DNA of 64,000 bases from Sulfolobales archaeon (lineage in GTDB: Archaea > Thermoproteota > Thermoprotei_A > Sulfolobales > AG1). Below, piece after piece: positions 30,346 through 39,763 of the stretch. The position numbers and the translations under genes are program-made. Under the pieces are notes generated by a model. That model was not told where the DNA came from. It ran no database searches and saw nothing but the letters and a program-made list of their open reading frames with translations. Each line of letters opens with the position of its first letter. Positions within the stretch are counted from its first letter, which is position 1. The stretch lies in contig JAWBYA010000001.1 of NCBI GenBank assembly GCA_038867615.1, positions 416,001-480,000 of the forward strand, in the 5' to 3' direction.

Positions 30346-31191
30346 TTGTACCATGTCTGCTTAACATTTGATTTCGACGCATACTCCCCCTGGATAGCTA
30401 GGAGGCTGACTAACTATACTAACCTATCTAGAGGTGAGTTCGCATCAATAGGGGTTAAGAGGATCCTCAAGCTATTGAGGGATCACAATATAGAGGCCAC
30501 CTTCTTCATTCCAGGCCATACCGCTGAGCATTTCCCAGAAGACGTGGGTTTAATAAAGGATCATGGGCATGAGGTTGCCCACCATGGCTATATACACGAG
30601 CCCCCGGAGACTCTGGGAGGTCCTGAGGAGGAGAGGAGAGTGATTGTAAAGGGGATCGAGGCTCTCAGGAAGACCGTTAATATAGTTCCCAAAGGCTATA
30701 GATCGCCCTCGTGGGCTTTGACGAAATATACACTCTCTATTCTGGAGGAGCATGGGTTGATCTATGACTCGAGCCTCATGGGTAATGACTATACACCGTA
30801 TAGGCCTCCGCTCTACCTTGAGGTGGATAGCGAGGGGAGAGTTGTTAAGGGGCCTCTCTCGAGGCTCGTAGAGATCCCGGTTCACTGGAGTCTTGATGAT
30901 TACCCGCACTTCGAGTATGTTAGGTTCCAGAGCTATGTGCTTCACGGACTATACTCTGTGAGTGATGTGCTTGAGAACTGGATCCTTAGTTTCGAATATA
31001 TGGTTAATAACATGGATGAAGGCGTTATAGTATATACATTCCACCCCGAGGTTGTTGGTAGAGGACATACAATGATCTTTCTTGAGAGACTAATAAGCCA
31101 TATCAAATCACATGTAAAGAAGGATAGGATAAGCTTCTCAAAAATGATCGATGTTGCCAACAAGTATAGAGAGAAGCTAGGGATAGTGTAG
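30346..31191 (+). CDS. Polysaccharide-deacetylase-family (CE4, PuuE-like) hydrolase
   Basis: LTFDFD, ATFFIPG, HEVAHHGYIH, GYRSPSW, YDSS, FHP motifs. Confidence 0.88.
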   Translation: MYHVCLTFDFDAYSPWIARRLTNYTNLSRGEFASIGVKRILKLLRDHNIEATFFIPGHTAEHFPEDVGLIKDHGHEVAHHGYIHEPPETLGGPEEERRVIVKGIEALRKTVNIVPKGYRSPSWALTKYTLSILEEHGLIYDSSLMGNDYTPYRPPLYLEVDSEGRVVKGPLSRLVEIPVHWSLDDYPHFEYVRFQSYVLHGLYSVSDVLENWILSFEYMVNNMDEGVIVYTFHPEVVGRGHTMIFLERLISHIKSHVKKDRISFSKMIDVANKYREKLGIV

Positions 31192-31385
31192 AGATCTTCA
31201 CAGCATATTCTATGGTTTTTCTTTGGGAAGCCTGGGTTTGTATTTGGGTAGGCTCTATACCTTTATCCAGGCTCGATCCCCTTCAGCGATCACCAGGACC
31301 TGGTTGGTAAGCTTCGTGTCTGTGGAGGCTGTTTCAAGGACTCTGTGGCTTTTATAGATAGCTATTTATACTTCAAAGCAATATA

Positions 31386-32405
31386 GTGTGGTGCAGCCAG
31401 TTGATTCCAAGGATCCTTGATCTCCCGAGGTTCAGGCTGATCAACACCATGTCGCCTCTCGAGAAGGCTGTTAATCTTAGCAAGGAGCTGGGCGTTGACC
31501 TCTATATTAAGAGAGACGATCTTTTGGAACTAGCGCTCGGAGGCAACAAGGTCAGGAAGCTCGAGTTCATCTTGGGAGACGCTCTTAGGAGGGGGTGCGA
31601 TACATTGATAACAACTGGGGCTGTTCACTCCAACCATGCTAGGCTTACCGCGGCTGCTGCTAGAAAGGCTGGGCTTGAGGCCTACCTGGTTCTCACACCC
31701 CCTGGTCCTAGAGATCCTAAGGGTAACCTGCTCCTCGACAGGCTTTTTGGTGCGAAGGTGATCTATGTTGATTCCCGTGAGGAGGCTGACGAGGCTATGG
31801 AGAGGCTTGCAAGGGATCTTGAGGGGAGGGGTAGGAAGCCATATATAGTTAGGCGTGGTGGTGCATCTCCCCAGGGGGTTATGGGCTATGCTTTGGCTGC
31901 ATACGAGATCTTGATGCAGGTTTATGGGCGGGGCATCAAACCCAACTATATTGTCCACGCGACAGGGACTGGGGCTACCCAGGCCGGGTTGATCCTTGGA
32001 TCTAGGTTGGTTGGGCTGGATGCAAAGATCATCGGGATCAGTGTTGGCAGCCCTGCGGATAAGATTAGGAAGGAGATACACAGCCTAGTCCTTGAGGGTG
32101 CTAAATACGCTGGGATTAAGGGCTTCGATATAGATCCCGAGGATATAATTGTGATCGATAGATATACATACGGAGGCTACGGATCAATAACAAAAGAAGT
32201 GGTTGAAGCAATAACCCACGTTGCTAGAAAAGAAGCACTACTACTAGACCCAGTCTATACAGCCAAAGCCATGCTAGGCCTCATAGATCTCGTTGATAAA
32301 GGCTATATAGAGAAAGAATCTAAGGTAATCTTCATACACACAGGAGGAATACCAATAATATTCCAATACGACAACATACTAGCACAATACACCCCAGAAA
32401 GCTAA
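31386..32405 (+). CDS. D-cysteine desulfhydrase / ACC deaminase family PLP enzyme
   Basis: IKRDDL, GGNKVRKLEF, SNHAR, GTGATQAG, LDPVYTAK, IHTGG. Confidence 0.92.
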   Translation: MWCSQLIPRILDLPRFRLINTMSPLEKAVNLSKELGVDLYIKRDDLLELALGGNKVRKLEFILGDALRRGCDTLITTGAVHSNHARLTAAAARKAGLEAYLVLTPPGPRDPKGNLLLDRLFGAKVIYVDSREEADEAMERLARDLEGRGRKPYIVRRGGASPQGVMGYALAAYEILMQVYGRGIKPNYIVHATGTGATQAGLILGSRLVGLDAKIIGISVGSPADKIRKEIHSLVLEGAKYAGIKGFDIDPEDIIVIDRYTYGGYGSITKEVVEAITHVARKEALLLDPVYTAKAMLGLIDLVDKGYIEKESKVIFIHTGGIPIIFQYDNILAQYTPES

Positions 32406-32573
32406 GGTTAATCATCCATGCGCCTCAGCTTCACAGCGATCTTCCCACCCTCTATACCTAGCTCTAACCACACACCGCATCGGCATAAATGTTATATCTT
32501 CGTGCTACAATCATAACTACACGGTTATAATAGGTTGTTTATTTAGGATAGATAGCATTTCTAGTATGGGAAT

Positions 32574-33627
32574 ATGCCAGAGAGATCACAGTAATAATAA
32601 CCATTCTGGGCACCTTAATACCGATCCTAGCCACTCTTGGGGGTATGACATACCGGCTTGGAAGGAGGTTTGCATTAATAGAAGCAAGGTTTAGAGAAAT
32701 AGACAGAAGATTCGAAGCTATAGACAAGAGATTCGAGAACATTGATAAAAGATTCAGCGAGCTAAAAGAATACGTAGATACAAGATTTAATGAATTAAAA
32801 GTCTATGTTGATTCAAGGTTCAATGAATTGAGAGAATATGTTGACTCAAGGTTTGATGATCTGAAGGGCTATGTTGATTCTAGGGTTTTGAGAATCGCTG
32901 AGGCTTTTAGATCTTACCAGGAGTTCTTCATAGAGTATCTATCTTATCAAGGCGTAATCAGGGCTCCTCTAGAGGCTGAAATGCTTAAGAACGAGGCTTC
33001 CAGAATGATGAAACTAGCAACAATGAACCCCCTAACCAAGGAGGAGTGGGAGAAGATCAAGTACTACTTAGAGAAGGATCAATTGACACTCGAAGAAGCA
33101 TTAGAATTCAGAGAGCTTGCTAGAAAGGTTACAGACGAGTATGGGGTTCGGGCTTCATTGCGGTTGATTTTTATACCAACTGCTCTTCCCTTGGCTTCAT
33201 GGGCCTCAGGGCTCCTTTCATTGGAGCCCTTATCATTGGCCTCCACCCATTCGGGGTGACCCTAACCCACAGCTCCCCTTCATAGATTTTCTCTGGTTCA
33301 TTGCTGTGGGGGAACCCCCACATCCTGGATCTCTTTACCTCTACCCCGCCCACTCGGGTCTCTATCCCCACCCTCATTGTTGGGCGGGCATCCCCATTAG
33401 AATAATAGAGCTTATATAATGTTCCACAGAGAAAAATTCGATATCAACCCCTATAAACCATCACGAAATCCGAAACAGCTGGCTACGGTGATAGACCTGA
33501 GGCTTGGAAGCTACACATACTAGCATCAATAAGAGTGGGAGAAGCGATGAGGAGAATGAAAGAAGAAATGGAGAAGAAGAAAGAGAAAGAAAAACAGGAG
33601 AAAGAAGGATCTAAGCAGGAAGGTTAG
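32574..33627 (+). pseudogene. PaREP-type coiled-coil repeat gene, split by a 344-bp insertion and frameshifted near the start
   Basis: ...RKVTDEY | insertion | GDRPEAWKLHILASIRVGEAMRR...stop 33625-33627; removing one AG from ATGCCAGAGAGATC puts ATG 32574 in frame with the hydrophobic N-terminus; IDxRF and YVDSRF repeats. Confidence 0.8.
33143..33486 (-). mobile_element. 344-bp non-autonomous IS607/TnpB-derived element (MITE-like)
   Basis: Interrupts a gene exactly, no target duplication, GG at both junctions, sibling at 14489-14696, no transposase ORF; family assignment inferred. Confidence 0.8.
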
Positions 33628-33792
33628 GTTTAATACTAGCTATTCTACCCTTAGCTTCGCTATCACCAGGATCTCTTCGGTGGGATCTCCTTAGTGCTGT
33701 AGGAAGCCCTTGCATATTGGTATATCCCTGCCTATCCATCGAGGGGCTCTGCCCCGCGCTATATATGAGGTTTGAGTAGATGCTGGTTTTTG

Positions 33793-34503
33793 CTACCACA
33801 TTGTGAGGATCTTTTTCATAGCTCTAGCGTTTTCAAGCATCCAGTGGTTGTTGTTGAAGAATACATATATTTTTCTAGGGTTTAGCTTTATCACCGCTCT
33901 CGCTATTTCCTCGAGCTCCTCCTCTGTGTATTCGTATGAATACCATGCCTGTCTACCGTGGAGTCTTAGGTAGACGGTGTTGTTGCTCGAAACTATCCAC
34001 GTACCTATCGGTGAGTCTATAGATACGAGCGTGATCCCGATCTCACGGCATATTCTCACTGTGTTCTCGTTAAACCAGCCGGGGTCTCTGAGCTCTAACG
34101 CCATCCTCTCGCCCAGCCCTGTTGCCTCTGCAAACCTCCTAAGCCTTGTGAGAGACTTCTCATTCATCTTAAATGCTGGGGGCATCTGGAATAGGTAGAA
34201 GTCGATATAATCATCAAGCGGTGCAAACAGCCCTCTAAACCTATGCCATATATCCAGGGAACCCTCACCAAGTCTCCTAAGATGAGTTATACTCCTATGA
34301 ACCTTCACAGCCCAGCGGATCCCGGCAGCTTCTGTTCTTTTCTTCCAACCGGCTATCTGGTTTGGAAATGGGAATCTATAGAAGGAAGCGTTTAGCTCAA
34401 CTGCATTAAGCCCTGAATATCTTAGATACCAGTCAAAAGATAGATCCTCGTTCCAGTCATAAAGCCACCCGGAGGTACCTACATAGACTTCCACCAATAC
34501 CAC
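33793..34503 (-). CDS. DUF72 (YecE-like) protein
   Basis: VGTSGW, VELNASFY, VKVHRSITH, LFQMPP, YLRLHGR, FFNN. Confidence 0.9.
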   Translation of the reverse strand: MVLVEVYVGTSGWLYDWNEDLSFDWYLRYSGLNAVELNASFYRFPFPNQIAGWKKRTEAAGIRWAVKVHRSITHLRRLGEGSLDIWHRFRGLFAPLDDYIDFYLFQMPPAFKMNEKSLTRLRRFAEATGLGERMALELRDPGWFNENTVRICREIGITLVSIDSPIGTWIVSSNNTVYLRLHGRQAWYSYEYTEEELEEIARAVIKLNPRKIYVFFNNNHWMLENARAMKKILTMW

Positions 34504-34595
34504 CTACTAATCCTAAACTGTTTGTCTCTTCTCGATTCTATGGTAGATCTACTTTATTTTTATTTTTGTCTTGCTTATAAACTTGGTTTGGGTGT

Positions 34596-35714
34596 ATGGT
34601 GGGTTATCTGGTGTTTCTTAGGAAGTCTGGGAGTGCTTTGGCGATTATGGCTTTGGCTCTTCTTGTGGCTGTGGCTGTTTCTATGACTTCTGTTGCTAAC
34701 TATGTTGGTTCTCAGCCTGGGGTTTTGGCTGGTTCGGTGCGTGTTGGTGGTAGTTATCTTATCCTGGGTAGGGGTGCTGATGGTTTGATTGATAGTCGTG
34801 TTGATTCTGGGCTGGTTGGGCTTTTCTCTGGTGTGAAAGGAGTTAGCTATGTTTTTCCCCAGAGGGTTTTTGAGTCTAGCTTGCACACTGGCTCGGGGGA
34901 TCTTGGGGTGAGGGTTAGGGCTGTGGATCGTCTTGGTGATTATCTAAGACACTATGGTGCTAGTGTGAGGGGTTCTCCGGCCAAGGGGGTTTATGAGGCA
35001 TGCGTTGGTGAGGTTCTGGCTAGGATTGCTGGTGTTGATGTGAATAGCACTTTAAGGCTCTCCCTAGATGGGAGGGATACTAGCTTCACTGTATCTTGTG
35101 TTTATAGGTCTCGGTCGGCTTTGGATTCAGAGATCCTAGTACCCCTCACTATGGCAAGGGGCTCTGAGCTATCTATCATAGAGTTTGTTATCGATCGCGG
35201 TGCTAGCGAGGCCGAGGTTCTTGGATACCTAGGCAAAACGCTGCCCAGTAGTGTGAGGATTGTTAAGGTTCAGCAGCTCGATGTCTTTTTATCAGATATG
35301 AATTCCCAGACCATGGGTCTCCTGGGCTTTTGGAGCTCTATGGTCTATGCATCCGTGTTTGTAGCTTCATACGTGATCACCACGAGGCTTGTGCTCGAAT
35401 CAAGCTACGAGCTATCAGTCCTCAGGGCTTTGGGGGCTGGGAGGAGGTATATCCTAGCCTCGTTATTAGTATATATAGTGATCGTAGCAATAGCAGGCTC
35501 TGCACTGGGCATTGCTATAGGTGTTGTGGGAGCACAGGTTATCTCAACAACCCTCAGGTGGGCTCAGCTTGGTATAGAGCTAGCACCGTTCCTCAAGCCG
35601 GAGCAGGCTGCCTGGATATCGATGCTCACAATACTATCATCAATCCTGGGCTCGCTATACCCAGCCCTCAGGTTTATCCACGAGAGATATAGGGATCTGT
35701 TCTACGAGGTGTAG
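34596..35714 (+). CDS. MacB/FtsX-family ABC permease
   Basis: TM1, large extracellular domain, ELSVLRALGA, three C-terminal TMs. Confidence 0.8.
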   Translation: MVGYLVFLRKSGSALAIMALALLVAVAVSMTSVANYVGSQPGVLAGSVRVGGSYLILGRGADGLIDSRVDSGLVGLFSGVKGVSYVFPQRVFESSLHTGSGDLGVRVRAVDRLGDYLRHYGASVRGSPAKGVYEACVGEVLARIAGVDVNSTLRLSLDGRDTSFTVSCVYRSRSALDSEILVPLTMARGSELSIIEFVIDRGASEAEVLGYLGKTLPSSVRIVKVQQLDVFLSDMNSQTMGLLGFWSSMVYASVFVASYVITTRLVLESSYELSVLRALGAGRRYILASLLVYIVIVAIAGSALGIAIGVVGAQVISTTLRWAQLGIELAPFLKPEQAAWISMLTILSSILGSLYPALRFIHERYRDLFYEV

Positions 35715-35718
35715 GAGC

Positions 35719-36900
35719 TTGGGATCAGCTATCACAAGGCTCTCGGGGTTTAGCTATCTGAGGAGGCGTTATATCCTAACACTAGTACTTGTTCTCACAA
35801 TAGCATCAGCACTATTCTCCACAACAGCATTCATACTGCTAGGGATCTACGAAACCCTCGAAGCCCAGCTTGGTGGTGGTAGCAATATAATGATAATCTA
35901 TAACCCTGGGAGCAGGACACCATACACAAGCTCTGTCCCCGCACATCTAGCAATAAGGCTATCAGAGATCGGGGGAGTGCTAGCTAGCAGCCCTGAGGTT
36001 ATAACACCATGCATTGTTAATGGGAGATCTGTTTTTATGAGGGGAGCGATCCCAGAGGATCTGGGCAAGATCGACGGGCTAACCATCATAGACGGCGACC
36101 GGATAGGCCTAAGCGATATAGACTCAGCCCTCATAGGTAGAAACGCTGCCGAGAGGCTCGGGCTAAGGGTAGGGGATACGGTGCTTGTCTTCAGCATTCT
36201 GAGCGATAGATATGTAGAGCTAAGGATCAGAGGTATATTCATCTCAGGCTCAGCTCTGGATGACGAGATCGTAGCACCATTATATGTTGCACAGTGGCTA
36301 AGCGGCCTGGACTATGGGAGCGTAACCCTCATAAGGCTCAAGCTAAGCCCCTCCGCAAACATCTCCGAGGTGCTCAGCATTGTTAGGGCAGAGCTTCCGA
36401 AGCCCACCCAGCCTGAGCCGGGGGAGCTCACGCCCTTAGAGCTGCTAGTGCTATGGAGTGCTGGGAGGTCTGGCCAGGTGAGTGCTGAAGAGGCTTCGAG
36501 GTTTGTTGAGAGCTATGTTGGTAGGTATGGCGTTACTAGGGAGGCTCTCCTAACAGCATCGATCTCTACTCTTGTCTTCTCAAGCCTAGCAATAGTCCTG
36601 GCCTCGAGAACCCTTGTTGCCCAGCATAGGGGTGAGCTGGGTGTTCTGAGATCTCTGGGTGCTTCTAAAAAGCTCCTCAAGATAGATCTATTGATCAAGC
36701 TACTACCATGGATAATAATATCCTCAATACTCGGGATCCTCATAGCCTCAGCATACCTAGCCATAATCCAGAGCTACGGCTTTCTACAGATATTCTCGCA
36801 CACAGTAAAGCTCGAGATCGACCCGCTCATCATAATCCTAAGCATAGCCTCATCAACAACGCTAACAACACTCGGAATCCTTGGGTGCGAGCTACAATGA
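35719..36900 (+). CDS. MacB/FtsX-family ABC permease (second subunit)
   Basis: ALIGRNAAERLGLRVGD and ELGVLRSLGASK motifs. Confidence 0.82.
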   Translation: MGSAITRLSGFSYLRRRYILTLVLVLTIASALFSTTAFILLGIYETLEAQLGGGSNIMIIYNPGSRTPYTSSVPAHLAIRLSEIGGVLASSPEVITPCIVNGRSVFMRGAIPEDLGKIDGLTIIDGDRIGLSDIDSALIGRNAAERLGLRVGDTVLVFSILSDRYVELRIRGIFISGSALDDEIVAPLYVAQWLSGLDYGSVTLIRLKLSPSANISEVLSIVRAELPKPTQPEPGELTPLELLVLWSAGRSGQVSAEEASRFVESYVGRYGVTREALLTASISTLVFSSLAIVLASRTLVAQHRGELGVLRSLGASKKLLKIDLLIKLLPWIIISSILGILIASAYLAIIQSYGFLQIFSHTVKLEIDPLIIILSIASSTTLTTLGILGCELQ

Positions 36901-38885
36901 GATCTCCATGGCTCCTCCCCGTAATACTGATCCTAGTATTAGCGATCCTAGCAACCCACCTAACTCCCCGGACACAGCCATACATATACCTCAGGGCTGC
37001 TGCAACCTCAGCAATCCCACTATTCCTAGTAGGATTCGCGTTCGTCAAGCTCCTCCTAGTCCGCGAAGCCCTGGGCTTTCTAGAAAGAACTGTGATCTCG
37101 ATCTGTGTGGGCCTCGCACTAACACCCCTAATCACGCTAATCCTCAACTACACCCCCTACGGGATCAAGGAGGATCCCCTCCTAATAACACTCTCAGCAA
37201 TAACCCTCCTCCTAGCACTATGTGCAGCACTCAGGGAGAGGAGTGGAAGAAGCACGGGCAGCACTCCCCACACAGTGTTTCGAGGGGGTGCCAGGGATCT
37301 TGGTTCCGTCTTGTCAGCAGCCTTTCCCCTGGTTCTAGCCTTCTCGCTAAGGATCAGTCCGTTTCTGATGAGCGGTTTACCATTCTCGGTCGATGCATGG
37401 CCATCTATAGGCTATGCTGCATTCCTACTCAAAAACTCACCCACAGAGCTGGATGCGTCTCTAAGCAGCGAGGAGCTTGGGGATCGCCTCTTCGGAGCGG
37501 CTATATCTGCTCTAACAGGCTTGGAACCAGTTATAGCTATGGCTTTCTTCCTACCCCTTGTGGGCGCTATCTCGATCCTTGTCTTCTACACACTGGTAAG
37601 GGGGATATATGGTGAGAGGGTTTCCCTCATAGCATCCATACTGCTCTCCACAGCATTTACAGACGCTATACTGACTGCTGGGGTTAAGGGTGAGACGTAT
37701 GCACGCCCCCTCCACATGGCCCTACTCCTGATCTTTCTACATAGGTTGATACCCTTTCCAAAAAAGATCCTATTGTTCATATTGATCGGAGCCTCACTAG
37801 TCATCACACACTACTACCTAGCACTCGTAACCATAGCTATATTGATATCCATGGGTACAGCGATCTCCATACTCAGGTGGAGGAGCGGATCAGGGCTTGA
37901 GATCCGCGGCCTCCTCTTCCCACTAATCCTAGCACTCCAGACCCTAGCATACGCCATGCTCTACGCCAAACAGATCCTAAGCTTCACCTCGACTATCGAC
38001 TGGCTATCAGCATCATCCTACCAACTCCTATTCTTCTCCCTAGCCCTATACCTAGCACTCAGAAGACCGCCAAGCCGTGCTGAGATCGCAGCACACATCG
38101 CTGCGATAGCATCGGCAGCACTGCTCCTCACAATAACAGCAACAAAAGTATCACTAGTCCTCGGAGCCCCAGTATTTCCCCAACACTACCTAGTATACGC
38201 AGCCCCCCTCATAGTATCCGCCCTACTAGGGGTTCTGGGATACGAAGCGCTTAGCAGGACGCGTAATGATCTCCAGATGCTAGTCCTATTCTGGCTAGCC
38301 GCGGTGCTCGGGCTCGAGGCATACTCTATCTTTGGGAGCACAGAGCTAGGGCTTATAGCGCATAGGGGTTTGAACCACATAATACCCCCACTATCGATCA
38401 TATGTGCCCTCGGCCTCCTCAGAGCATTTAGGGCTAGAGGCTCCGGCCTAAGGAGGGTTGGTGTGGTTCTAGCTATTGCTGCGTTCATCTTTATCCTGGC
38501 TGTTAATCTCTATGCTTTCTACGCAACGCTTCTGGCTTTTGAGCGCTATACGGGCTACTTCTGGCTCTACAGGTCTTCGGAATACTATGCTGGTCTATGG
38601 ATCTCGAGCAGCTATGATGGTGTTGTTGCTGGTGATATGAAGTTCTACTACTTCTTGAGATACTATTTCGGGGTGGATGTTAATGTTATGCAGGGGCTTC
38701 TCTACCTATCGGGGAGGGATCGGGCGCCTGAGATGCTGGTAATATATGATCAGATGTTTTCAAAAGGCTATGTAGTCTCGCCAGGCTATGGTGTTGATAT
38801 GCCTGAGGGCTGGGTTTCAAGGCTCGGGGATCTGAGCCTAGTATACTCAAATGGCGTTGTTGAAATATATGGGAGGCCTGGCTAG
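36897..38885 (+). CDS. Large polytopic membrane protein: DUF1616-like N-terminus plus GT-C-like region
   Basis: ATGA overlap at 36897; ERTVISICVGLAL..LILNYTPYGI resembles the DUF1616 gene at 62 kb; many TMs, SVDAW loop, soluble C-terminal domain. Confidence 0.65.
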   Translation: MRSPWLLPVILILVLAILATHLTPRTQPYIYLRAAATSAIPLFLVGFAFVKLLLVREALGFLERTVISICVGLALTPLITLILNYTPYGIKEDPLLITLSAITLLLALCAALRERSGRSTGSTPHTVFRGGARDLGSVLSAAFPLVLAFSLRISPFLMSGLPFSVDAWPSIGYAAFLLKNSPTELDASLSSEELGDRLFGAAISALTGLEPVIAMAFFLPLVGAISILVFYTLVRGIYGERVSLIASILLSTAFTDAILTAGVKGETYARPLHMALLLIFLHRLIPFPKKILLFILIGASLVITHYYLALVTIAILISMGTAISILRWRSGSGLEIRGLLFPLILALQTLAYAMLYAKQILSFTSTIDWLSASSYQLLFFSLALYLALRRPPSRAEIAAHIAAIASAALLLTITATKVSLVLGAPVFPQHYLVYAAPLIVSALLGVLGYEALSRTRNDLQMLVLFWLAAVLGLEAYSIFGSTELGLIAHRGLNHIIPPLSIICALGLLRAFRARGSGLRRVGVVLAIAAFIFILAVNLYAFYATLLAFERYTGYFWLYRSSEYYAGLWISSSYDGVVAGDMKFYYFLRYYFGVDVNVMQGLLYLSGRDRAPEMLVIYDQMFSKGYVVSPGYGVDMPEGWVSRLGDLSLVYSNGVVEIYGRPG

Positions 38886-38886
38886 G

Positions 38887-39555
38887 ATGACCGCTCTAGA
38901 GCTCTCAGGGATATGGAAATCCTACGGCCCTATAGAAGTTCTCAGGGGTGTGGATCTAGGGGTTATGGGGGGTGAGTTCATATCGATAAGGGGCAGATCT
39001 GGTGTTGGTAAAACAACACTCCTAAAGATCGCGGGGCTTTTAGAGACACCAGACCGGGGTGTTGTGAAAATCCTAGGCAGAGATGTGGGTAGGCTGAGCG
39101 ATGGGGAGAGATCCTCGATAAGGCTCCACTACATAGGATTCATCCCCCAGCTCTTCAACCTAATACCAACACTAACAGTCCTTGAAAACGTAGAGCTACC
39201 CCTAGCCCTAGCAGGGATCAGCAAGCCCGCGAGGAGGGAGAGAGCCCTAGAACTCCTAAGATACTTCGACATAGCAAACCTAGCAACAAGATTCCCAAAC
39301 ACACTAAGCGGAGGAGAGAGACAGCGAGTAGCAATAGCAAGAGCACTAGCAAACAAACCAAAAATAATCCTCGCAGACGAACCAACATCACACCTAGACG
39401 AAGAAAACTCAAAATTATTACTAGAGCTGCTCAGCAAAATAAGCAGAGAAGGAGTAGCAATAATCATAACAACAACCGACCCCCACGAAAAAATACCAAC
39501 AACCAAAGACTATCTACTAAAAGAAGGCCGCCTACAACTGCTCAACAAACTCTAA
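38887..39555 (+). CDS. ABC ATPase, LolD/MacB type
   Basis: GRSGVGKTT, LSGGERQRVAIARAL, ILADEPT; H-loop reads TTD. Confidence 0.92.
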   Translation: MTALELSGIWKSYGPIEVLRGVDLGVMGGEFISIRGRSGVGKTTLLKIAGLLETPDRGVVKILGRDVGRLSDGERSSIRLHYIGFIPQLFNLIPTLTVLENVELPLALAGISKPARRERALELLRYFDIANLATRFPNTLSGGERQRVAIARALANKPKIILADEPTSHLDEENSKLLLELLSKISREGVAIIITTTDPHEKIPTTKDYLLKEGRLQLLNKL

Positions 39556-39763
39556 AACCACCCCACCGGATCCACGTTCGGGGTAAGGGGCCCGTATAAT
39601 AACTAAACCTATATAGAATAAAGGGTTATAGAATGAACAAAATATAGTTTCAATGATAAACCACGTCTATCACCTAGCCAGCAATACTATCAATAAGGAC
39701 AGATGCTCCACGTGGGTTCCTACTCTGACAAGCTCTATGGCTAGCTTCTTCACGATTCTTTGA

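Noticed and set aside
33171-33377. 68-aa minus-strand ORF inside the inserted element
   Set aside because: No transposase or RuvC motifs and not preserved in the sibling copy; treated as tnpB-tail or RNA sequence
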